From positions 1 to 47,403 of IMG/VR virus record IMGVR_UViG_3300011438_000005: a DNA stretch of 47,403 nt; one strand, written 5' to 3'. Within the stretch, counting starts at the first letter, position 1. The number at the start of each line of letters is the position of its first letter. This stretch comes from a virus. This document shows, piece after piece, positions 1-7,794 of this stretch. The notes under the pieces were generated by a model. It saw only the letters and a program-made list of their open reading frames with translations, had not been told where the DNA came from and ran no database searches. The position numbers and the translations under genes are program-made.

Positions 1-123
1 GCACTCGTGAATCTCGATGGCAGCCATCTCGCTCGGGTGCAATGCTGCCTCCCTCTCCCACCTGTCCGCCAGCTTCGCCAGCTTCTTTCGCAGGTCACTC
101 ACGGCGGTCCCCCTGGGAGGCGC
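1..123. repeat. Terminal direct repeat, left copy (identical to 47281-47403); unique genome length 47,280 bp
   Basis: Base-by-base comparison of the first 123 nt (gcactcgtgaatctcgatgg ... ccctgggaggcgc) with the last 123 nt shows no mismatch. The repeat contains the stop of CDS 95..538 and the GTG start (102, equivalent to 47382) of CDS 47068..47382, so an operon reads across the junction. Confidence 0.97.
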
Positions 124-538
124 CGGCGGGCAGAAGGAACTCGCCGAGCAAATGGCGCGCGCGCGGAACGGCCTCCCGGTCAGCCCATGCGCGGTTCAGT
201 CCGGACGGGTGGGGGAGCAGGTAGAGCTGCCCCTCGACTACCGTGAACGGCGCGTAGGGCAGCCCGAACGCGCTGCACACCTTCGCCCCGAGCAGCACCA
301 GCGGCGTACCGCGGGCGGCCCGGAGATCGCTCGCGGCGGCGCGGGCGGTGCGGATCCGCCAGGGACCACAGCAGAGGTTCACCCGGTCGAACCGCCGCAG
401 GTACTCGGTCCGCGACAACCCGAGGATCCGCGCCAGCCGCCCCCCGGAAGCGTTCGGTGGCAGCGGATACAAGGCGAACTCGGGCCGATTGCCGTAGGGG
501 TTTGCCTCACCGATCAACAGCGGCTTGGGGTCGCTCAC
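95..538 (-). CDS. Uracil-DNA glycosylase superfamily protein, MUG/TDG-like motifs (147 aa)
   Basis: Track ORF 95..655 trimmed to GTG 538, which has a GGGGGAG RBS just upstream and a GTGA overlap with the stop of 535..732. Motifs LLIGEANPYG and LLPHPSGLNRAW fit the two UDG-superfamily signature motifs. By eye they are closest to family 2 (GINPG ... NPSGLS), with Asn rather than Asp in motif 1. Confidence 0.7.
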   Translation of the reverse strand: MSDPKPLLIGEANPYGNRPEFALYPLPPNASGGRLARILGLSRTEYLRRFDRVNLCCGPWRIRTARAAASDLRAARGTPLVLLGAKVCSAFGLPYAPFTVVEGQLYLLPHPSGLNRAWADREAVPRARHLLGEFLLPAGASQGDRRE

Positions 539-732
539 GGCTCCCCCTGGGAGGCGGGCGCCCCGGCACAGGCCAAACACGGTGGGCACTTCTTGCAGTC
601 GCCGCGGGGAGCGTCGTGCTTGTGGCACACGTCGCAGAAGTTCCCGCGCCCGCACTGGCGGCAGCGGTAGATCAGGGCGAACGTGGGCTCCGTGCAGTTG
701 CCGGTCCGCGTGTGCTCGATGCGCTTGCTCAT
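535..732 (-). CDS. Small Cys-rich protein, putative zinc-binding (65 aa)
   Basis: Track ORF 535..846 trimmed to ATG 732 (ATGA overlap with the upstream stop). It has 9 Cys in CxxC-like spacings (CRQCGRGNFCDVC, CKKCPPCLAC). The extension upstream of ATG 732 is R/G/P-rich. Confidence 0.65.
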   Translation of the reverse strand: MSKRIEHTRTGNCTEPTFALIYRCRQCGRGNFCDVCHKHDAPRGDCKKCPPCLACAGAPASQGEP

Positions 733-947
733 GTCGCTCCCTGGTCCTTGCTCGGGTCGCTCACCTCGGGGTCCTCGACGTTGGTTCCGCCGTACTTCGC
801 AACGATCCGGTCCATGCGCTCCCTCTCCTTCGCGACCCGGGCGCACACGCGGCAGGGCGTGCCGTTCGGCTCGGTCCCGAGGTATCGGGAGTCGCGTCCG
901 CAGAGCGTGTGGGCCGCGTCGGACGGATTGACGGTGTGCCGGCTCAC
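729..947 (-). CDS. Hypothetical small protein (72 aa)
   Basis: Track ORF 729..1070 trimmed to GTG 947, with a GAGG RBS 7 nt upstream and a GTGA overlap with the stop of 944..1612. Amino-acid composition is ordinary from that point on. Confidence 0.6.
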   Translation of the reverse strand: MSRHTVNPSDAAHTLCGRDSRYLGTEPNGTPCRVCARVAKERERMDRIVAKYGGTNVEDPEVSDPSKDQGAT

Positions 948-1612
948 GGCTTCACCTCGGGGTCCGCCGGGGTCTCCGGAGCGGAGGCCAGGGTCCGGGC
1001 GCGGGCCCTCCATGCGGCCGACTCCACCACCATCTCGTGCGCCGCCTCCGGGGACCGGTGGAGCGCCCACATCAACGCGTCGTCCGCCTCCCGTAGCAAC
1101 GCGAGCGCCTCCTCCAGCGCCTTCTCGCGCGTCGAGCGGACCAGCGGGAGCGGGGCGGAGGCGGCACCCTCACGTCGTGCGGCCTCCAGCCTTGCCGGCC
1201 ACGGGGACTTCGGGCAGGCGGTGGCTAAGTGCTCAATCGCCGCGTCGTTGTTCCGCAGCGGCATGTCGCAGTAGGCGCAGGTGACGACGAGCCCATAGGC
1301 GCGCGCCGGGTGGTAGCGGACGGTGACGGCCGAGAAGCCGCAAGCGCAGGGGCGACCCTCGACCAACACGTGCGCCCCTTCGTTACCGGGGACCGGGCAC
1401 GGGGGCGCCCCCGACTCCACGGTCAGTTCACCGGACGGCTGGGGCCGCGTCTCAGCCGGGGGCGAGGGAGCGGGGGGTGAGGGAAGCGGCCTCCAATCGA
1501 TGCACCCCGGCATGCGCACGTGCGGGAGACCGTTCCCCCACCCGGGCGCGTAACAGGTTCCGAGGACGGCCTTGTCGGGTGCCGGGGCTCCGCTCGTCTC
1601 GGGGGCGCTCAC
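944..1612 (-). CDS. Hypothetical protein, Cys-containing (222 aa)
   Basis: Track ORF 944..1681 trimmed to GTG 1612 (GTGA overlap with the stop of 1609..1857). Third codon positions are G/C-rich. Confidence 0.6.
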   Translation of the reverse strand: MSAPETSGAPAPDKAVLGTCYAPGWGNGLPHVRMPGCIDWRPLPSPPAPSPPAETRPQPSGELTVESGAPPCPVPGNEGAHVLVEGRPCACGFSAVTVRYHPARAYGLVVTCAYCDMPLRNNDAAIEHLATACPKSPWPARLEAARREGAASAPLPLVRSTREKALEEALALLREADDALMWALHRSPEAAHEMVVESAAWRARARTLASAPETPADPEVKP

Positions 1613-1857
1613 GGCGTCCGCCCGCTGGCCTCGGCGGCCCGCTTCAGCACCATGACGAGGCGCATCGCCTTCAGCGGCCACCCCGGCTCGTCGTCGCGGC
1701 TTGCGTTGCGCACCAGGGTTCCGTCCTCCACCAGGGCGAACAGGTCTCGTAGCGCAGCCCGCGCTTCGTCCCTCTCCGCAAGGACCCGATCGATCCCAGA
1801 GCCGACCTCTTGCATCCCAGCCATCAGCGCATCATTCGTCCCGCTCGTCTCAGCCAT
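1609..1857 (-). CDS. Hypothetical protein (82 aa)
   Basis: Track ORF 1609..1914 trimmed to ATG 1857 (MAETSGTNDAL...), which overlaps the upstream stop by 8 nt. Confidence 0.6.
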   Translation of the reverse strand: MAETSGTNDALMAGMQEVGSGIDRVLAERDEARAALRDLFALVEDGTLVRNASRDDEPGWPLKAMRLVMVLKRAAEASGRTP

Positions 1858-2077
1858 GGCGATCACCTCGGGCGGCGGCGAGAGCGGCGCGGGCTGCGGC
1901 AACCGTCTCGTCATTCGACCGCTGCTCCAGCCACGGCAGGGCCAGGGCGAGCGCTTCGTAGAGGTCCGGAGCCGCGGCCTTGAGGAGTCCGTCCTTGCGC
2001 TCCGCGACCAAGATCGGCGCGCCGCAGGACTTGCAGCGCACGGCGCCTTCTAGTTCGTCATTCGTCAGGTCGTTCAT
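1850..2077 (-). CDS. Hypothetical small protein with CxxC (75 aa)
   Basis: Complete track ORF. A GGAGAG RBS lies 6 nt upstream of ATG 2077. Confidence 0.7.
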   Translation of the reverse strand: MNDLTNDELEGAVRCKSCGAPILVAERKDGLLKAAAPDLYEALALALPWLEQRSNDETVAAARAALAAARGDRHG

Positions 2078-2090
2078 GGCGTTCTCTCCT

Positions 2091-2528
2091 TCAGTTTCGC
2101 AGCTTGCGGGGTAGGCGCCGGGGCGGACCGGCGAGCGGCTCTCGGGCCGGCCGGTCTCCTGGGTCCTTCACCCTCGGGGACTCCTTCGTCTCCACCTCGA
2201 CCACGTGAACCACCGCGACCGACATGAAGGTGACCGGGGGGTGCTCCTTGGGCGGGGCGAGCTCCACTCCCCGCGCCCTCGCCTCGGCAACGATGCGCGG
2301 CAGGATGCGATCGGCGACCGCCTGGGCGAGCTCCTGGATCCCGGCGTCCATCTGCATCCGGAGGTACCGAGCGGAGACCTCGAGCGCGGCGAGCATTTCG
2401 ACGCCGTCGTACCCCCCATCTTGCGCGCCCTGGCACATAGCGGAGCCCAGCGCCCGGCACCGACTCGCGAGCTCGTTCTTCATCGCCTCCGGCAGGACCA
2501 CCCAGTTTTGCACGCACTTGTCGCACAT
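2091..2528 (-). CDS. Hypothetical protein (145 aa)
   Basis: Track ORF 2091..2837 trimmed to ATG 2528 (MCDKCVQNW...), 2 nt after the stop of 2531..2779. The discarded N-terminal extension is an Arg/Pro-rich shadow. Confidence 0.6.
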   Translation of the reverse strand: MCDKCVQNWVVLPEAMKNELASRCRALGSAMCQGAQDGGYDGVEMLAALEVSARYLRMQMDAGIQELAQAVADRILPRIVAEARARGVELAPPKEHPPVTFMSVAVVHVVEVETKESPRVKDPGDRPAREPLAGPPRRLPRKLRN

Positions 2529-2530
2529 GG

Positions 2531-2779
2531 TCAGTGAGCTCCCTCGGTCGAGAGACCGACGCTGGTGAGGTACTCGACGGCGATCTCGTCGGCGAGCTGG
2601 TCGAGTTCGGGGACGAGCTCGGGGTCGAGGCCGGCCTTGAACCCTCGGGCGATCGCGAGGCACGCCACGTACACAGCCGCGAAGTCGGAGCCTCCGGCCT
2701 TCGGTGGCGTGGCGTGCACGAACCGGCGCAGGTAGGCCCGCACGATCGACTCGAAGCGGAGCCGCTCGAAGGCGGTCAC
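2531..2779 (-). CDS. Hypothetical protein (82 aa)
   Basis: Track ORF 2531..2866 trimmed to GTG 2779 (GTGA overlap with the stop of 2776..3048). Confidence 0.6.
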   Translation of the reverse strand: MTAFERLRFESIVRAYLRRFVHATPPKAGGSDFAAVYVACLAIARGFKAGLDPELVPELDQLADEIAVEYLTSVGLSTEGAH

Positions 2780-3048
2780 CGGGCCGGCTCCGGCGCGCGC
2801 GCGACGGCGGCCTCGAGGCGGAGCAGCCGGTCCGCAAGGTGCTGGCACCCCCGAATCTGGTTGCACGCCGGGCAGAAGACCTGGCGCGGCGGGGCGCCGA
2901 TGGCCTGGATCCTCGGCAGGGTGTCGACCATGCGCAGCTCGAGCTCCTCCACGTAGCGCACGAGCTCGACCGCCTGCGCGCCGGTGAGGTTCGGTTTCAC
3001 ACTGAGGCGCAGGGCCTCGGTCAGACCCTCCAGAAACGCGGGTCTCAT
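2776..3048 (-). CDS. Hypothetical protein (90 aa)
   Basis: Track ORF 2776..3339 trimmed to ATG 3048 (ATGA overlap with the stop of 3045..3368). Sequence begins MRPAFLEGLTEAL and contains CPACNQIRGC. Confidence 0.6.
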   Translation of the reverse strand: MRPAFLEGLTEALRLSVKPNLTGAQAVELVRYVEELELRMVDTLPRIQAIGAPPRQVFCPACNQIRGCQHLADRLLRLEAAVARAPEPAR

Positions 3049-3368
3049 CGGCGTCCTCTCCGCCCCTGGTTGCGCTTCCACTTCTGCGCGTCGGGGCACG
3101 TCTGGTGGTGGGCGGTGCGCGGCCGGGCGCCCTCCGGTGGCGCCTCGGCGGCCTTTAGGACGAACGCGACGATCGCGCCGTCGCGGTCCATGCAGATCAC
3201 GCGGCCGTCGGGGTTCGGCTGCCAGTCGACGGGCATCACCTGGGCCTCGAGGGTCGCGAGGTTGCACCGCCGCGGCTTCATCTTCACGGTCTTCCGATCG
3301 TCCTCGAGGACCTGCGCCCAGAGGATCGCCGCACCGCAAGAGCGGCAGACCTTGGGCTGGTGGCTCAC
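3045..3368 (-). CDS. Hypothetical protein with CxxC ... HxxC (107 aa)
   Basis: Track ORF 3045..3539 trimmed to GTG 3368 (GTGA overlap with the stop of 3365..3643). Confidence 0.6.
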   Translation of the reverse strand: MSHQPKVCRSCGAAILWAQVLEDDRKTVKMKPRRCNLATLEAQVMPVDWQPNPDGRVICMDRDGAIVAFVLKAAEAPPEGARPRTAHHQTCPDAQKWKRNQGRRGRR

Positions 3369-3643
3369 GGTTCCCGGACCTCGAAGACGCGGTCGAGGTA
3401 CCAGCGCGGCGGGTCGCCCGGCTCGCGCAGGAAGCGCAGCACGAGGCCGTCGCCCTCGAAGTAGCAGAGGCCCATCACGTCGGACCCGAGATAGTGCGGG
3501 TACACGAAGAAGACCTGGCGGAGCTGGGCGGTGGGGCACTCCGGGCCGCTCGTCTCGATGTAGTAGAGCTGCTCGACCCGGAGCTTGGAGTCACAGGAGA
3601 CGAGGGCCGCGGCGAGCAGCGCGGCGAAGATGGCGCGCCTCAT
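3365..3643 (-). CDS. Small putative lipoprotein (92 aa)
   Basis: Track ORF 3365..4186 trimmed to ATG 3643 (ATGA overlap). The N-terminus MRRAIFAALLAAALVSCDSK has a positive n-region, a hydrophobic core and an LVSC lipobox. Confidence 0.7.
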   Translation of the reverse strand: MRRAIFAALLAAALVSCDSKLRVEQLYYIETSGPECPTAQLRQVFFVYPHYLGSDVMGLCYFEGDGLVLRFLREPGDPPRWYLDRVFEVREP

Positions 3644-3960
3644 GACTTCGGCTCCGCACGGACGAAGCGAGCGCCCAGAAGAAACCGGGTCACCCAGGGC
3701 CGCCCGCGGCCGCGCCCGCGGATCATTTCCCGCGCGACCTGGCGGACGATTCCGGGCGTCGCGAGCGCCTCGCGAAACATCGCCTCCTTGAGGATCCGCA
3801 CGTCCTCCTCGAGGACCATCCCCGGCGGGGCCAGGTGCTCCGCCTGGAGCTCCCCCACCCACCGCTCCCACCAAGCGGACAGGGCGTCGACCCTGGCCTG
3901 CTCGCCTTTCGTGCTGGCGACCTTCAGGAGCTCTCTCTCGGCATCCGACGTCGGGATCAT
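3640..3960 (-). CDS. Hypothetical protein (106 aa)
   Basis: Complete track ORF. ATG 3960 makes an ATGA overlap with the stop of the HNH gene. Confidence 0.7.
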   Translation of the reverse strand: MIPTSDAERELLKVASTKGEQARVDALSAWWERWVGELQAEHLAPPGMVLEEDVRILKEAMFREALATPGIVRQVAREMIRGRGRGRPWVTRFLLGARFVRAEPKS

Positions 3961-4445
3961 AGCCGCACCCTCCTCTCCACGTATGATATCCCCGCCCTCT
4001 CACAGTAGAGGCGACGCCTCTCGTTCCAGGGACGGCGGTCCTTCGCGTTCGTCTTCTCCTCGTGGCACTCGGGCAGCAGGCGCCACCCGTTCGCGCGGGT
4101 GTCCGCTCCGCCCTGGCTGCGCTCGACCCAGTGGTCGCACTCGCCGTGGGTGTACGAGCGGAACGGCCTCCCGCAACCGCAGTCACACCGGCCGTAGTAG
4201 GCGGATCCTGGCACCGAGGTGTGAACCAGGTTCCACGCCCATACCTGGTCGTGCATGTCCTCGAGGGCCTGCGCCTCGGCGCTCTCCTTCCGGCGCCGGC
4301 GAGTCTCGAGGTGGACGATCGAGACGATCGGTCGCTTCTCGGGGGCGGCGCGCGGCGAGCGTAGGAGGAGGCCGCAGGCGCGGCGATCGCCAGCGCGGTC
4401 GCGTTCCTTCAGGTAGGCGACGACGTCGCGCGTCCAGGCGTTCAC
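3957..4445 (-). CDS. HNH endonuclease (162 aa)
   Basis: Track ORF 3957..4523 trimmed to GTG 4445 (GTGA overlap). The block CDCGCGRPFRSYTHGECDHWVERSQGGADTRANGWRLLPECHEEKT has the Cys pair, His, Asn and His spacing of the HNH (beta-beta-alpha-metal) motif. Confidence 0.75.
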   Translation of the reverse strand: MNAWTRDVVAYLKERDRAGDRRACGLLLRSPRAAPEKRPIVSIVHLETRRRRKESAEAQALEDMHDQVWAWNLVHTSVPGSAYYGRCDCGCGRPFRSYTHGECDHWVERSQGGADTRANGWRLLPECHEEKTNAKDRRPWNERRRLYCERAGISYVERRVRL

Positions 4446-4615
4446 GGCCGGAGCTCGAGGGCAAGGACGAACATGGAAAGCGCGACGAGCGCCCAGAAGG
4501 CGGCGAACCCGAGCGCCTTCCACCGACAGGCCGGGCAGCAGGGCGGCACGCCCACGCGGTAGAAGGCCTCGGCGCCGACGACCGGGCGGCGGCAGTATTC
4601 GCAGGCGTCGATCAT
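4442..4615 (-). CDS. Small membrane-anchored zinc-ribbon-like protein (57 aa)
   Basis: Track ORF 4442..4792 trimmed to ATG 4615 (ATGA overlap). It has CEYC ... CCPAC followed by the hydrophobic C-terminal helix ALGFAAFWALVALSMFVLAL. Confidence 0.6.
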   Translation of the reverse strand: MIDACEYCRRPVVGAEAFYRVGVPPCCPACRWKALGFAAFWALVALSMFVLALELRP

Positions 4616-4815
4616 GGCTCGAGGTCCCTCTCGGTGACGCCGGGCGGGAGGTGGTAAGTCTCGACGCGCACGCCGCCGAAGAGGATCGGGTTCACGACCG
4701 TCGGGCAGGTCCCGAGGTGCGGGGGAGCGCCGCCCGGTGCGAGTACGACCTGAGCGTCGAGCCGCCGAAGCAGCAGGTAGGTGGAGCGGCATCCGGGGCA
4801 GAGCAGGGCGATCAT
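4612..4815 (-). CDS. Hypothetical small protein with CPGC (67 aa)
   Basis: Track ORF 4612..5046 trimmed to ATG 4815, which has a GGAGGA RBS about 7 nt upstream. Confidence 0.6.
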   Translation of the reverse strand: MIALLCPGCRSTYLLLRRLDAQVVLAPGGAPPHLGTCPTVVNPILFGGVRVETYHLPPGVTERDLEP

Positions 4816-4868
4816 GTTCGCGTCCTCCTGGCCGGCGCGGAGCTCGAGGGCTCCGCGCCGGGCCGGTC

Positions 4869-5513
4869 TTACTTCCGCTTCTCGGGCGGGCCCTTGAGGT
4901 CGCCCTTGGTCATGGAGCCGTCGCCGGCGTTCTTGAGCTTCGCGTCGGCGAGCTGCTCGAGCTGGTGCTGGCGGCAGAGCTTCTTCCCGTCGCCGGCGTT
5001 CAGGTGGGTCGCGAGGATCTTCCCCCGGCCCTTGTAGGGCGCCCACCGAACGGTGAAGTCGCCGTCGGCGGTGCGCTCGAGGTGGTACTCGCCTTCAAGC
5101 ACCACCGCGACCATGAGGTCGGTCCCGTTCGTGAAAGAGAGCTCGGGGACCTCGGCCTCGGCCCGCTTCACCTCGGCCGCGGCCTTCTTCGCCTCCGCCT
5201 CCTTCTCCTGCTCGGCCTCCTTCCGGTCCACGATCCCGCCCGCGGCCTCGAGGATCCTCCGGACCAGCGGGTCGTTCTTCGGCGCCGGCTTCTCGGTGCC
5301 CGGGATCTGGAGCTGCTCGAGGTCCTGGCCCTTGAGCTGGCGGCGCACGAGGGCGACCGACCCCCGGAGCGCCTTCACGTGGCCGGAGAGGATCTCGGCG
5401 ACGGCCTTCTTCTTGTCGACCGCCGCGTCGGCCTCGTCGAGGAGGTCCTGGAGCTTGTCGAGCAGCTCCTCCTCGAGTTCCTTCGTGAGCTTCGCGTTGC
5501 GCTGCTTCCCCAT
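4869..5513 (-). CDS. Hypothetical coiled-coil, Lys/Glu-rich protein next to the recombination genes (214 aa)
   Basis: Complete track ORF with an AAGGAG RBS upstream of ATG 5513. No recognisable catalytic motif. Confidence 0.75.
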   Translation of the reverse strand: MGKQRNAKLTKELEEELLDKLQDLLDEADAAVDKKKAVAEILSGHVKALRGSVALVRRQLKGQDLEQLQIPGTEKPAPKNDPLVRRILEAAGGIVDRKEAEQEKEAEAKKAAAEVKRAEAEVPELSFTNGTDLMVAVVLEGEYHLERTADGDFTVRWAPYKGRGKILATHLNAGDGKKLCRQHQLEQLADAKLKNAGDGSMTKGDLKGPPEKRK

Positions 5514-5519
5514 CTGGAA

Positions 5520-6833
5520 TCACTCCTTTCGTTTGTGGACCTTCACCTGGCCCCCCACGAGCGTCCGCAGGAGACCCCTCTTCGCGAGCTCGGCTTCTGC
5601 CTTCTCGCGCAGCTCCTTGATCGCTCCCTTCCTCGCCTCGGCCGGCCGGACCGCGAGGTACGCTTTCACGGCCGCCTCGATCCCGCCGAAGGTGCCCTCC
5701 ACCTTCACGCCCTTCTTCGCCGCGTCCTCCCCGAAGAGCTCGTCGAGCACCTCGTACACGAGGTTCCCCTCCCCGAGCTCGCGCTCGGTCGCGTCCGGGG
5801 GCACGCCGTACCAGCGGCCCGTTCCGTCGGTGAGCTGGAAGGGGGTCTGCCTGGCGTAGTTCCTGATCGCGGCCTTCACCTTCTCGAGCAGCGCCTCGGC
5901 CGGCGCGAGCAGGGCGTGGATCCGCGGCGCGGAGACCTCGTCGAGGTACTGGGCGCCCACCTTGGCGACGCCCTGGAGCTCGTCCGAGTCGCCGCCGATG
6001 ACCGCCCGCGCGATCGCCATCTGCGCCGGGCAGAAGCGGAGGTGTGGGCAGTAAGAGCAATGGGGGCCCACCTCCCCGGGCGGCAGGTCGGCCGGGTCCT
6101 TGGCTAACGCCTCCCGGTTCTTGCGCGCGAGGTCGGCGCGGTCCTGGAGGCGGAGCTCGAAGCGGTCCAGGTCGGCGACGGTGAGGCGGTAGGCCGGCTC
6201 GAGAAAGACCTCGTCGCCCATCACCCGGATCGCCTCGAGGTCGACCCACGACCGGCCGTAGGCGCGCGCCGCGGCGAGGGCGGCCGCGAGAAATTGCTCG
6301 TCCTCGGCCGGGTGGCGCCGGTGGCTCCGGCCCTTGTAGTCGCCCACGTAGAGGCCGTGGTTCCCGACGAGGGAGACCCGGTCGATCGTGCCCACCACCT
6401 CGGAAGGGGCGACCTCCCCGTACTCCCGCGCGAGGCCTCGGCCGATCTCCCGGCCCTTGCCGGTCTCGAGGTCGAAGGCGAAGGCGACCTCTCCCGCGAC
6501 GTTGTCGAGCTGCACGCGCTCGAGGGGGATGCAGGCGAGGACCTCCTGGTGCTCGGGCGGCGCCTCGGCGAGAGCGAGCTCGCGCGCCTCGTCGCGGCTC
6601 GCCTGGCGGATCTGCTCTCCGAGGTCCTTCCCGCTCTCGGGGTCCTTCACATTCTCGATGCGGATCGCCGCCGGGTCCTGCATGAGCTGGGCGATTCGCT
6701 CGAAAAAGGTGTGCCGCGCGGTGCCGATCCGGGCGTCCTCACTGGGCTCGTCGATCTTCGGCAGGACGTCGGTGAGCTCGCACCGGAACCAGCGCGGCAG
6801 GCCGGAGAAGGTGGGCAGGCGGGTGGTCGTCAT
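5520..6833 (-). CDS. PD-(D/E)XK nuclease with Cas4/AddB-type four-Cys cluster (RecB-family exonuclease, 437 aa)
   Basis: Track ORF 5520..7421 trimmed to ATG 6833 (ATGA overlap with the ERF stop). It has IDRV ... LYVGDYKG (D ... D-x-K). An N-terminal Cys (RWFRCEL) plus the C-terminal CSYCPHLRFC gives the C-Xn-C-X2-C-X5-C pattern of Fe-S Cas4-like nucleases. Confidence 0.75.
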   Translation of the reverse strand: MTTTRLPTFSGLPRWFRCELTDVLPKIDEPSEDARIGTARHTFFERIAQLMQDPAAIRIENVKDPESGKDLGEQIRQASRDEARELALAEAPPEHQEVLACIPLERVQLDNVAGEVAFAFDLETGKGREIGRGLAREYGEVAPSEVVGTIDRVSLVGNHGLYVGDYKGRSHRRHPAEDEQFLAAALAAARAYGRSWVDLEAIRVMGDEVFLEPAYRLTVADLDRFELRLQDRADLARKNREALAKDPADLPPGEVGPHCSYCPHLRFCPAQMAIARAVIGGDSDELQGVAKVGAQYLDEVSAPRIHALLAPAEALLEKVKAAIRNYARQTPFQLTDGTGRWYGVPPDATERELGEGNLVYEVLDELFGEDAAKKGVKVEGTFGGIEAAVKAYLAVRPAEARKGAIKELREKAEAELAKRGLLRTLVGGQVKVHKRKE

Positions 6834-7771
6834 GGCGAGACGGTCTCCTTGGGGTAGCGGGTGGCCTGGTACTTCTCCTCGAGCTCCTTGCGGCGCGCGT
6901 CGGCGGGCAGCCTCGGGAGGGTCTCGAGCACGGTCCGCCAGTCCCTCTTCGTGATCGCCTCGGCGATCAGCTCGGCGAGCGCGTCCGGAGTGGGCTTCTG
7001 CTTCGCTGGGCCCGGGAGGGAGCCCTGCTTCGCGGCCAGGTCGGCCCCGGCGCGGCGCAGGCCGTCCGCCTCCGTGGGCGTGAGGGCCGGCCCGTCGAGC
7101 GCCGGGCCCTCGAGCTCGGGGTGCTCGGGCTCGTCCTTGCGGCCCGTGTGGCCCTTGCAGTCCTTCGCCGTCGCCGCGGTCTGGTGACGTGAGCCGAACC
7201 TGCACCGGAAGTTCCCGGTTCCGGGCTGCTCGTAGGCGCCGGGCGCCCGGCGGGTCTCCTCCATCGGCAACGTCTCGCCCTCGCCGGCGTCGACGTCGGT
7301 GTCCGGCGCGATCCCGAGGAGCGCCTGCACCTGGTACCGGCGCAGGTAGGTGATCGCGATCCCGAGCGCCTTGATATCCCCGAGGTCCACGCCCACCTCG
7401 AGGACGGGGGTCCGGAACCACTCTCCGCTCTCGTGAATGAGCTCGGTCTGGAGGCGCAGGGTGGTCTGGCCGTTCCTGCTCGAGAGCTCGAAGGGCTGGA
7501 GCAGGGCGAGGCCGTTCGCCGAGAGCGCCGGCGAGATCGCCTCCCTGATCGCGGCGAGGTCCGCGTACTCGTAGGTGTAGGAGCCTCCCGCCTTCATCTG
7601 GATCCGGGCCGTGCGGTTCTTCTCGATCGGGGTGAAGGTGGCCTGGGCCTTCGCGAGCGCGGTCGCCACCGCGGCGAAGGCCTCGGACCGCTCGAGCAGG
7701 CGCGCCCGGCTGGCGATGATCTCCGCCACCGGGACGCCGAGAAAGGTCGCTACTTCGTTCGTGTGTTCCAT
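6830..7771 (-). CDS. erf: ERF-family single-strand annealing protein (313 aa)
   Basis: Complete track ORF with a GGAGGGA RBS. The block ALAKAQATFTPIEKNRTARI..GGSYTYEYADLAAIREAISPALSANGLALLQ ... ALGIAITYLRRY matches the ERF signature as I recall it. It lies adjacent to the exonuclease. Confidence 0.8.
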   Translation of the reverse strand: MEHTNEVATFLGVPVAEIIASRARLLERSEAFAAVATALAKAQATFTPIEKNRTARIQMKAGGSYTYEYADLAAIREAISPALSANGLALLQPFELSSRNGQTTLRLQTELIHESGEWFRTPVLEVGVDLGDIKALGIAITYLRRYQVQALLGIAPDTDVDAGEGETLPMEETRRAPGAYEQPGTGNFRCRFGSRHQTAATAKDCKGHTGRKDEPEHPELEGPALDGPALTPTEADGLRRAGADLAAKQGSLPGPAKQKPTPDALAELIAEAITKRDWRTVLETLPRLPADARRKELEEKYQATRYPKETVSP

Positions 7772-7794
7772 CGGGGTCCCTCCAGGACCGGGCG

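Noticed and set aside
1-123. Terminal repeat as prophage attL/attR, or the element being an integrated prophage
   Set aside because: No integrase, excisionase or flanking host genes are present. The repeat closes an operon precisely (the stop of one gene and the start of the next lie inside it). This is what a circularised phage genome looks like, not an attachment-site duplication.
98-560. Repeated about 23-bp element CGCCTCCCAGGGGGA(CC/-)GCCGTGAG (minus strand) at 98-122 and 534-556
   Set aside because: Both copies are gene junctions. Each upstream protein ends in ASQG(D/E), and the G-run serves as the RBS for a GTG-Ser start. With only two copies, this is most simply a similar coupling junction and not a regulatory repeat.
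2984-6249. Plus-strand ORFs 2984..4657 (557 aa) and 4737..6107 (456 aa), and minus-strand ORF 5095..6249 (384 aa)
   Set aside because: They are alternative or antisense frames of the early operon, with extreme Arg/Gly/Pro content. The chosen frames give compact, translationally coupled genes with HNH, PD-(D/E)XK and ERF motifs.
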